The notes under the pieces: model-generated
Told to the model about the DNA's origin: nothing
What the model saw: only the letters and a program-made list of their open reading frames with translations
Database searches by the model: none
Shown: piece after piece, positions 41,502 to 52,713 of the stretch
Numbering within the stretch: the stretch's first letter is position 1
How the letters are laid out: every line of letters starts with the position of its first letter
Source of the DNA: Patellaria atrata CBS 101060
Lineage: Eukaryota
Assembly (NCBI GenBank): GCA_010093705.1
Contig: MU006098.1
Location: 944,666 to 1,008,665, forward strand
Direction: 5' to 3'
Length of the DNA: 64,000 bases
Program-made: the position numbers and the translations under genes

Positions 41502-43446
41502 ATGGGACCTGGCACGGCGCGCGACAGGACTTCTTCCAACATATCACCCAGTTATCGGAGTAGCGGCTATGGCTCGTCTGCCTACACCAGCGAAGATGGA
41601 CAGGAATACAGATTGGTTCACAATGTCGCCTTCGAGGATGCCATGGTTAAGGCGAAGCCATCGCCTTTCACCAAGAGGATGTTCATGGTAGCTTTCTCCT
41701 TTTCAAACTTCCAAACTTGCCCTCGGAAATCCGAACGTTGACGACTCTTTAGCTATACTACTGTCTAGCAGTTGCCACGGTGAATTCGGTCATCAATGGC
41801 TACGATACCTCTTTGATGGGCGCAATCAATTCCTATGAACAGTACCGTGATTATTTCGGTTTCGACCCGATAAAGGGAACGCCGACGACCGGTATCGTTT
41901 ACGCCATTTACACCATTGGCAACATAGTGGGTTCGTTCTTTGCTGGCCCTGCCAGTGACATCCGAGGTATGTAAAGCTCCCCGAAACACGGAGAAATTCC
42001 ACCAAAACTAACAAGTGAACAGGGCGAAAGTGGGGCATGTTCACTGGTGCTGCCATAATCATCGTAGGAACATGTGTGCAAGCTACCTGCAGCAACTTGG
42101 GCGGCTTCATCGGTGGGCGTTTCGTCCTTGGGTTTGGATTAGCTATATGCGCCGCTGCTGGTCCAGCATACACCTCGGAAATGTCACATCCTGCTTACAG
42201 GGGCGTCATGACTGGTATCTTCAACTCCTGCTGGTTCGTTGGCGGGATACCAGGAACCTTTGTCCCTTATGCGACATCTTACATTGACTCGAGCATGTCC
42301 TGGAGGTTGCCGGTATGGTTTCAGCTGGTCGGCGCTGGAATCGTCTGTTGTTTAGCACCATTTCTTCCAGAAACACCTCGATGGCTTATCGCAAATGATA
42401 GACATGAAGAGGCATTGGCGGTCATGGTAAGTACAGATGATTATTTCTCCACACTTTGCCAAGACTGATTTTGAAAAAGACAAAATATCATGGTGAAGGT
42501 GACCGCAACTCCCCGATAGTCCAACTCGAGTATCGCGAAATGGTCGAAGACATCTCCGTTACAGGTTCAGATAAAAGGTGGTGGGACTATCGGGAACTCA
42601 TCAATAGTCGTGAAGTCCGTTATCGATCATTCCTCGTCGTTGCAATGGCTTTCTTCACACAGGTATGAATGATGCAGTGTTGTTCGGCTTTCCAGGTACT
42701 AACACTCACTACAGTGGATCGGCAACGGCCCTGTCTCATATTACTATCCACAAATGCTTGCTACAGCTGGAATAACCAACAACAAGACACGCCTTCTGCT
42801 TAACGGCGTGCAGAACGTCGTCTCCTTCTCCGGCGCACTCTTTGGCGCCGCATTTACCGACAAATGGGGTCGCCGTCCACAGCTGTTGGTTAGCACGGGA
42901 ATCATCATTTGCATATTCGCAACCATCTGCGCTCTCAATGCCACCAATGTCACCACACGGAGCAACACGATCGTCGCAAAGAACCAGAGTCAGGCCAAGG
43001 CCATGATCGCCATCATCTTTATCTTCGGCTTTGTGTACTCCGCAGGCCATACTCCGCTTCAGGCACTGTACCCGGTAGAATGTCTGCGCTACGAAAGCAG
43101 AGCAAAAGGAATGGGCATGTACAATTTCTTCGTGAACATAGCGGGGTTTTACAACACCTTTGCCACGGGGATCGCCTTCACACGCGCCGGGTGGAAATAT
43201 TATTTCCTGTTCATCTTCTGGGACATCTTCGAATTCGTCATCATCTACTTCTTCTTCGTCGAGACCAAGGCCCGCACGCTAGAAGAGCTGACAGAGATCT
43301 TCCGAGCCAACAAACCGGTTCAAGCTTCCAAGGGCATGACCCAGGTTGTGCTGAACGACAAGGACGGCACAAACGGCGTGACGGAAGTCCTGGACAAAGG
43401 CACCGAGTTTCAGCGGCTGGGAAGGCGTGGTGATGAGTTCTTCTGA
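41502..43446 (+). CDS. Sugar porter (MFS), lactose permease / cellodextrin transporter-like, 5 exons
   Basis: 'NGYDTSLMGAIN', 'SDIRG|RK', 'GGRFVLGFG', 'PETPRWL', 'SDKRWWDYREL', 'Q|WIGNGPVSYYYP', 'DKWGRRP', 'YPVECL..RAKG', 'FVETKARTLEE'. Alternative in-frame ATG at 41475. Confidence 0.93.
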
Positions 43447-44120
43447 TTGTCAAAGAAATAGACATCTTTCCCCTTCTCTCGTTTGGGTCTGGCGCCTACT
43501 CATATTATTGCATTGCGTCGGGGTTGCGGAAGCGACCATTGGGTTTTTTTTTTTTTTTTGGTTTTTTTTTTCCTTTGTGCATTTTGCTGGAGTGGGGGCA
43601 TTTACGACGGAAGATACCACGGGTTTAGGATTGCGTTCATCGTTTTTGAAGAGAGGGCATGGGCTTACGACCTTGACGGCCGTACAAGGGGGAAACGGGC
43701 TGGTGGTGAAATTTCAAGGCGGGTGATGGGATCTAATCTCAATAGATCGAATGTATTTGTGAGATAGTTCTAAGGGCTACTGTAGACAAAACTGTTGTAG
43801 TTACGTAGTAGTTCTGGATAATCAAGGCATGTCACATATTTGAACGCCTCATACATTTTGCCCGGGAATAAAGTAGCCATCGACTAGAAGCAGATTCCAA
43901 TTCTCTCAAGCACATTTCTTCTCAGGCTCGCAGCCCAGTCCGAGCTTCGGGGGGGCAAAGACCCCACGTGTAGAAATACCCCAAACTTCCCCAGACTTTT
44001 CCCCAGACATTTAATATATTCCTTTCATGCACGCCTTAATCTATGCATGTAATATAAAAATTATATTACCCACCAAGGATTATTTATCTGAACTAGTCTA
44101 GAGAAAGGGGGAGTATGAGG

Positions 44121-44170
44121 TATATGTATATATGTATATATGTATATATGTATATATATATATATATATA
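44121..44170. repeat. (TATATG)n / (TA)n microsatellite
   Basis: Read directly. Confidence 0.9.
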
Positions 44171-45641
44171 TCTTCACGATTCCTAAGCAACAGGTTTGCC
44201 GCTCTGGCGATCTGATGGAAAATTCAAGGAGGAAAAGGTGATCGAGAATACCTTACTTCAAGATAACAAAGAGAAGTGTAGTAGACATTTCTTTTAATAT
44301 CAACGTCTACCTAGGTGCGTTTATTAGTTCTTGTTTTTACTGTATGGGGTACAGTACAGTACCAGGATCGGATACCCTCTCCAATCCGGAAAGGTGGTCT
44401 CTCATACGAACACGGATTAAGGTCCATCTATATCCCAATGTTCAAAACTAAGGCAAGAGCATTATCAAGTATGAAAGTAGCCTGTTAAGAACGGAATTCA
44501 AGCTAGTCGAGGAATCAGGTTTACATAGCCACTTATATTCTTTCCCAGCACGATTCAGACGGCTATTATCCTCAATTAGGGGATGAGACATGATAGACTT
44601 ACAAATACTTGAATTTTTTTTACTTTTTTTTTTTTATTTTTTTAGCCTATGATAAGTGCCGTTTCATCTGATTCTCGTTTGGGTGATTCTTTCTGCGAGT
44701 TGTGGTCCTGTCTCATATCATCTTTTCCGTCTGTCTGTTATTGCTCCTCCATCTCTGCTGCGGAATGATGAAACTAGGCTCTCTCAAACAAATACGATAT
44801 GAACTTAGAAATGAACCCATTACGCATGGAAATAGAATCACGTACAGTATCTAAGAACAAAGAAATCCAACTGTCTGGTATCTGATGATCAACTCAGATG
44901 GCTAGTTTGAGCGCCAAATTACTGTACTGGAAACAACGTAGTAGCCCTATCTACAAGTATGATCTTCTAACTCTTTTTTTCACTATACGATACAATCTCA
45001 AATTCTTCTAGGGCTTCACCATAGATATTTCAGGTGGTTGAACAGAACTTTCTGTAGCTTTTCACAAGACATTCGTGAATGAATCTGTACCAGAAATGGT
45101 AGAAGACAGGATTTTTCCTCGAAGCAACAGACGTATGTCATAGTATAGTGAAAGGGAATCCATATCAATTCCTATTGTTCGATACTCTCAGTATTTGTTT
45201 TCAGCTGTACAGTGAATCAGCGCGAGCGGAATTTAGTGTGAGCATCCACATGGTGAGTTCAAATATCCGTACATTTCAACAAATTTCACGCCTATCATAA
45301 TACTACCCGTCATCTCTCTCTATGAATGTTTAAAACTATTATCCATAAGGAAGAAATTTCGCGAAGGGTTTCTCAGTATCAATGCCATTTATATATATAT
45401 ATATAGAGGCCTATTCCGTACACCCCTCAAGTTCCCTTCCCTAGATAGGCTTGTTACCCTACACCATGGTACATCACCAGCCTGACATTAGCGCAACCGG
45501 TGTGTTGGTTTAATTGCTGGATAAGAAGGGACGAAGGTCAGCAGAGAAGTACAACTTCACCCGTATCAGATGTCTATATATCTAATTTACTTCGGATATG
45601 GTGGCTATTGAGACATAACAGGCCATATCCAAGTCTTTCTA

Positions 45642-46900
45642 CTAGAAGGAGCATTTGAAGGCGTGTGAATGACCATGAGACCACACCATCACACGCCCGC
45701 TCCTAGTAAACCCGACATCAGGAGCCATAGTCGTTGGTCTCCCCTTACCCGCCCACACAGGAGGACTACACCAGTTAGCTGATTGAAGTTCGCCTGGCCT
45801 CCACGCCGAGAGTAACAAACCTATTTTCCCATCTATGCGTGCAAATACCTCCAGGTTTGAGAACGGTGTTGCGCAGATAACGTTCGATCGATAAGTACCT
45901 GATCCCGTAAGCATACTCCCTATGGACGAAGGAACATTCGGGACCGTACTGATAGCGTATGTCACGGTACCTAGGCTCGATGGCCTGGAGGCCACCTGGG
46001 ACATTAGTGTCGTAGAGTGCCATGACGAACATCTCCGAGTGGTTCTAAAAGGCATACCAGCTGTGAGACAAACGTGAAAGGCCGACAACGCAGCGCTCAC
46101 GCACTCACCTCATGTTGCGCGGTGAGCGAGTATCCTGTAGCTACCGCCACGTCCTTCTCATACGCTGCAAGCCACGTAATCGAGTCTACAACGTTAATTT
46201 TAGGCGTGGAAGGGCCGCATGGTTCCATACGATCATTCAGGAGTACAACACTCACTGGAAAACTGCCCACCGGAGATATTCGCTGGATATCCATGCATGT
46301 CAATAATATGGCCCATCTCATGTGCATAGGTCGTTAACCCTGTTGTTCGGTATAGTAGGATATCATCATTAACGCTTTCCGCGCTGAGCTTGTCGATATA
46401 CGGTAGAGCGATGTTGTTGCGGGCGTAAGAACGAAGTTCTACGGGTAGACGGCCGAAAAGTTCGATCATGAGATCCAGAGTATTCGTAGCGTTTTCATGC
46501 CGACAAAACACCCAGGGGTACGGACACTAAGTGATGATGTTAGCTGAGATAAATAGAGTACTTGAAATTAGAGGTACTGTACGTACATCTTCGTAGTATA
46601 CATCGAAAGCGTCAATAGACGCAAGGGAATGATTGGAGAGTCTAATGTGGTCTCTGCAATCCGAGGGAAGCCACCCAGCGGGCCCTAAAATGATCAAAGT
46701 TCACTTGTGTTCGGATTGGTGTATCCTGGGTTCTGACATTTTGTGTATCTTGATTCAGTCGGCATCAACACGTCGCGTAAACCACGCTCTATAGGACCGT
46801 CCCTGTCTATGTGAAGGGGGTTCTTGATTAGTTTTACTGGTACATATGCCGCAAAGATGGAAGCTGAGTCTAAAAGAATGAGGTATTGTAGTACACGCAT
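45642..46900 (-). CDS. Probably secreted Con-13 (conidiation-specific protein 13)-like protein with an HExxH motif, 5-6 introns
   Basis: Exons splice in frame to give 'KW|PAGWLPSDC..FDVYYED|CPYPWVFCRH..FGRLPV..HEMGHIID..|SITWLAAYEKD..AQHE|NHSEMF..PGGICTHRWENS|PPV'. Hydrophobic N-terminus. Confidence 0.72.
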
Positions 46901-47088
46901 AGTGTTGAGCTGCGCTCATACCTTTGAAATTGGGAGAGAAAGAGTAGTATATCGAGTGATCATAAGAGATTTCTTTTGTTTGTTTACTTGATTTGTAATC
47001 GTGGAAATTCTTCTCTACTCGCGTCTGACAGGTTGAGTATCCAAGGATGAGTGTACGTTTAAAGCCAATCATGGCATTTTACAGCTCT

Positions 47089-49415
47089 TCACGTCTCCTT
47101 GTCCTCCAATCTGGCCTCCCAAATGCACCTCTTGCACCTACACAACCCACCTAGAGCCCCAGCAGCCCACTCTCTCCGTTCTCCAACGGGCAGATCGATG
47201 TCGCAATAATGACTCAGGACCTCTTCACCCTTCACCAAACCACCTCTTGCTCTTTTCTCTTTGCCCTTCCACAGCGGCCTCTCCTCAGACTTCTTCGTCC
47301 AAAATCTCATTTCGCCGTCCCATTCCCACTTCACATTAGGATCGCAGCTATGGTTCGCAAGACACCATATTGGGTGTACGGCGCCCACCTCCGGCCTCCC
47401 GTCTCTCCCCTGCCTCGCTGATGCCGTCCCTCTGAACTTTGCATATAGAGTATTGAACACCCAGAAATCGTAGATATCGCTCTTTTCAAATATATTCACA
47501 TCCATTCTCTCGAGCATGTTCAATGGTGCTAAAATATTCGCCTTAAAGGTCCACGGCAGTGTCCGGGAAAAGCCACCATGAGCCTGTTCTTCTGTTTTCG
47601 GAGTATGAGATGCCCATGCTCCATCCATCGGAGGCGGTTTGAAGGTGGAAAGCGCAGGTGAGTTGTTATAATCTCCCCAAATAAATACCATTTCCGGAAC
47701 TCCCAGAGGATGTATAGATTTGGTCTCGGCCATAGCGAGGACGCGAAGTAGAAGTAGTGAGTAAAGAGCATCTGCTGCCTCCGTTGCTGGTACGTCTGTG
47801 GCAATGGATTCGGCAGCGGTGCCGCAAAGTGCAGGGTGATAAGAACTTTGCGCGAGATCATGGCACTCCAGGCTACAGAAAACAGCCTCGTCGCACTCTT
47901 CACACATGCATGATGTTTGCTCTTCTCCATTCATCTCGGAGAAGTCCGGAAGAAGCTTACTGCAAGCATCACAAAAGGAGTCGTGAATACGAGCATTCGC
48001 CGTGATTAGTGACTTTTCCGTAAAGACGAGTTCATCGCCCGGGATATCTCTTTTCGCAAAAACACCAAGCTGTTTCACCATTTTGCTTTCTTTGGATGAA
48101 AAGCTAGAGAGAGTCAGTCGATCTATTCTCGCAGACTCCTGTATGATGATATCGAACAGGAGCATACGGCCGTACTTGCCTCTCACCAGAAAATGTTAAT
48201 ACTGGTAACTCTGCTACTCGCACTTCGAGGTCAGGGGCCATATATTCCATCGACGCATTCAGTATCGCTAGAGACTCAGATGAGCATCTATTCGGTTCCC
48301 ACTCATTCCAAGGATACACCTCACGTCGCACAACACCCCTTTCAGGATAATTCTCAACGGGAATGTTTGCGTCCCACGGAATTCCCCTTAATTCGAATTT
48401 CGCCTGGATAGTATCCAGAACCTGGGTCTGTAGTTTACGGAGTCCGCTTGAATGTGGTAGCCTCTGCAATGCTTGGGCACTGAATTCATAGGCACTCTTC
48501 AGGCAACCGCAAGCCTGAAGGTTATTGATAAGCATGGGGTATCTGTACAAGGTTAAATAGGTATCATAGAGTTGAGATCAGTAGACGAGAATGTGGAACT
48601 TACGTGAGCTGTAAGAATATCTTCTCCGCCCAAAGCCTAACCTCGTCCTCATCAACCTGGCAATCAATCTTGATCTTTATGTCCTTGAAGGATGTGAACC
48701 TTGCTCTCAAACCTTGATCGTCTGCAAACTGCGAGGCTGCATATCGCGTCTTGCCGGCCCTACGTGAGACATGTATCTGCAAAGCGGAGAAAGCCTGTTG
48801 ATGGTATTCCCCAGACTCGTCCAGGACCTCGTCCACCAGCAACAGGATTTTGTAAGCTTCCCCGGACGCAAGGTCTGGATAACCGAGATATTCGTATCGT
48901 CGTATAAGCTGTTCCCGGAGGTCCATGTTATAGGGATTTTCGTAGAGGAGCGATTGCATTACCTCCAGACGATATAGATTGATCCTATAGTCCAAATTTG
49001 CGGTCGTATCCGGGATCTGCACCATCCATATATCAGCTGCTTTCTCGCAGGAGATCTCGGTTTGTATACGTACGTTCGGACGCCAATTTCGAAATTCCGG
49101 GCTCAGAACTACTTCCCCGTCGAGCACCGTTCGAAATTTGTGGCCTGCATCGCACGGCTCTCTTGTGGTCATGACTAACGGTCTCCCATTCGGCGATAGG
49201 GGATTAAAAAATGTTCTTTCTGCTTGAACATGGTCGGCCGCTGATGGTTTAGAGTTTGTCATCTGTGATACTCCATGGTAGGAGCCATTGGTAACTGTAT
49301 CCGTCGAGGGCTCATATGTGGGATCTGACTCTGCGGATAAGAAAGGTTTGTACGAGGCAATATTCCGTGTGAGTTGATCCAGTGCATCCTGAACCCGGAT
49401 GAACGCAGGATCCAT
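47089..49415 (-). CDS. SET-domain (SMYD/Set5-like, split SET with MYND-type zinc finger) protein lysine methyltransferase, 3 exons
   Basis: 'QLGVFAKRDIPGDELVFTE', 'CDAC..CEEC..FCSLECHDLA..YH..C', 'ANHSCDPN', 'GEEVLSHY', post-SET 'CRCKRC'. Confidence 0.9.
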
Positions 49416-49985
49416 TAGGGTTATCAAGTATGGGAAATAACAACGTACTGTAAAAAATTCGATTCCGTGATCTGGAGTGTAATGATTTTCAGTGTCTAGG
49501 TCCGTGCGGGTTGGTGTACATATAAGGTAGTTCTAGTTCGAATGTGTCCTATTCTTCATCGACACCTTTTGAATTTTTGTACTCTGTTAGATTTGTCCAC
49601 ATGATGCAATTAGGGGAATATAAAATAAGACTACGGAGTACAGTGTGGTTATAGGTTTTTATCACATGGAGAGACGTTGTCATCGCGACCCGTATACTCT
49701 ATACATACATGGCTACAGTATGAAGGGAGACATCCAACTCGACCCGTAGAGGTGGGTCGATACGCGGGATTTACAGTACAACACCTTCGAGCACAAACTC
49801 AACACGAAGTAAACGAAAAAATGTGTTGGATAATACACCGTTACCAGGAAGTGACAGCAAGCGCAACTACGAGTGTCTACCATCAAGGAGGGAAGAATTA
49901 ACACAGCATCAAACCTACATTCAAAAAGACAAGTAAACTGTGCATTGTACGTCGGGTCACACATAAGTTTGTGGATACATGAGGT

Positions 49986-51641
49986 CTACGACAACGGTTT
50001 CTCCCCCGGAGGTTGGGGCTCATCATATGATCTAAACTCCATCACCGTTTCTGTGCCTTCATGGAATCTGGACTCCTCTTCCGTTTGAGGAATGTGGCCG
50101 TAAGCCCTAGAACCCTCGTGAGTTGAACTATCCCCGGCGAGTTGAAGCTGAGGTTCCACATTTGCAGTATTTGCGGTTGCACTGCTGTCATCGTCCTTTT
50201 TTATATCTACCTCGCTGACCTCGGTGGCCTTAGTCGGAAGTGTATGGGATTTGCGTTCTGGCGACCGCTTTTTGTCTAACTTTTGACCCTCCGGGACATC
50301 TTCGCCACGGGTTGGTTCGATCTCCGGTGAGGTTTCATCCATTACTGACGAGGAAGATTCGAGGCCTGAGCCCCAGGTTCCAGCGGCTGGCTTCCGGCCG
50401 TAGATGAATACTCTATGCACTCATTCGTAAGTTCTCCGTGCAAGAAAAGGAGAAAACGACAGTAAAACCAAGTACTTACACCGTGAAGTAGAAGTGCGAC
50501 TTTTGCGCCTGAAGCTCCTTTCGAAATTCGGACAGGAGTACTTCGACCCTTTCTCTAGAAAAGCCCAAAATTCTCGTGAAGAAAGCCAATGCCATACCCT
50601 GGGCCCCATCCAAAATATCCTGCAAACACCATTTCCCTAGCAGTTTCTCGCGCTTCCCTTTCGCCCACGGACCGATCGGCCTAGATCGTATTAGTACGCG
50701 AAGTATTAGCAATTTTGAGAGTGTTCGGCGGACCATTTGAATCGCTTTACGTGGATATCAACGAATCCAGCTTGCCGTAGCAAGTCTGGTATCTTCATTG
50801 CCGCATCTAGGTCTAAACCCGCTTTCGTTCCAGCTTCGTACAAATGCTCCACAAACTCGTACATAGGGGAGTCGGGAGGGGCAGAACCGTCATCACACTT
50901 TGGCCTTATATGGACTTCCTGCAGTTCGAAGTATCCGCCCCTTTTGAGACCTTTGAATGCTCGTTGAATATAGGCTGGCCAGTCGCGAATTCCGATAACC
51001 ATAGCCCGAGAGTGGATAAAGTCGAATTTCCGGTCATGAGTCCATTCCAGTTCCACATTATCGACAAGAAAGCTGCAATTCGTGGGGACTTCTGTGGGTT
51101 GGATCGGACTTAAATCGATACCAAGTACATTGGCTGATGGATGCTCGTCCGCAAACTCAATGGTCCATATGCCTGTGCCGCAACCGACATCCAGAACATC
51201 ATGTACCACCTCTTTTGGAACTGGGGCAAGGTAGAGACGACCCCCTAGGGTCAACCGAAAGAGATGGTGTTGTAGGTCCAGCCTATCCGCCTCAATTTCG
51301 TCGTTTGGGAGATAATATTGACCATCGTAGTAGGCATGGTAACGGCGACCGTTCTCTTCGCGATAAGCAAGCGTGGAGGGAGTCAAGGACTGAGTGGTTC
51401 TATTAAACTGGTTAGCCTTGTTAAGACGAACTGTATTTCTTGCTCTCGCAGTTCTTACGAAAGAGTATCGTCCCCCAAAGCCGAGTCACGATCACTGAAT
51501 GTAGACTATTTGCCAAGTCATGATATATTAGCATCATAAGGTATGCGGAGGTTCAGGCTAATAGATAGATCCTACCTCCGCCTCCAGAGAGTCACTACTG
51601 GATATGTTATCAACTATATCAACTATAAGATTTTCTGCCAT
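49986..51641 (-). CDS. LaeA-like (Llm / Methyltransf_23) SAM-dependent methyltransferase with an acidic C-terminal tail, 5 exons
   Basis: 'ENGRRYHAY..YYLPNDE.E.DRLDLQH', 'VLDVGCGTGIW', 'GIDLSPIQP', 'FDFIHSR', 'LKRGGYFELQE', 'W|PIGPW', 'YGRKP'. All introns are GT-AG and in frame. Confidence 0.92.
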
Positions 51642-52713
51642 TGTTCATGAGAAGCTTAAACTTCTCGCTCTCAAAGTTCATGGCTGCGACGAATTGTATA
51701 GAGCGACCAAAATTGATTGACATGGCAAAGAGAAGGATTGATCGGACCAATCTTCCGGATTAGCCTAGAAGTTAAGGGTGGGGGGATCGCAACAGCATCT
51801 ATCGTTATTTGTGCGGTTCGTATGTACTGTACTGTACTATGCATGTATCGCTTGTACGTTAGATCGATTGACCTTAGGTTGGATTACCCCACGAGATATG
51901 TGTCCCTTCTTGACGGAGAGAGCCGTAGAAACACACAAAGTTCAAGTACCATTTATCACACTTTGAAATTTTAAATGTAGGTCTGTATACTAAAGGATGT
52001 ATTGAATAAGAAAAGTTGAATCTTGGGATTTACTCGTAAACGATTCTCAACCATTTTCTCCCCCTCCTTCCATCCACATAGGATCTCGGATTCGACCAGT
52101 CAGGACAGGAGATCTCCGACAGCAAAGATTGATGGGTACAGTATGTACCTCCGTGCTCTAATACGGAGTACTGGTCGGGTACCTGGTGTACTGCACTGTA
52201 ACTTACCAGTACAGTACAAACTGCAAAGTACCTCACCCGGAGACATGAATCAACTTATCTTATAGACAACTTTAAAGACAAGTGGTTTAAAAAAGTTTCA
52301 ATAGAGAAAGACAAGCTTTGGGCCATCCGATCAAAACCACTCAAGTTGGCGGTGGACTTTCTCCCCCATTGTCGACAAGGCAGTTCTACACTGCATGTAA
52401 GTTTAAAATACCGTACAACAACACAGTAAAGGATCAATGCAGAACTACCCGACTGGCGCTATAGTGACTTGGAATTTGTCTACTTACTTTATCTTATTCC
52501 GCTCTGTACTTGTACCCTACCTCAGTTCTAGTTGGACAGTATCTGACCGTGCCACTTCTCAGCCGTTCCTCATCCCGAAGATCCGCGTCTTATATTTGTA
52601 TCTACTGTACCAGAAACCCATCCGAAGAACAAAGAGCACAGTAGTCTAATGCCGAACGCTAGGTAAAAGTCTAGTTCTACTGTACCTACCCTAGGTATGC
52701 ATTTGCTCTAGGG

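Noticed and set aside
31388..51641. Three SAM-dependent methyltransferase-type genes within 20 kb as a possible secondary-metabolite cluster
   Set aside because: They belong to unrelated families, and there is no PKS, NRPS or terpene synthase backbone in the window.
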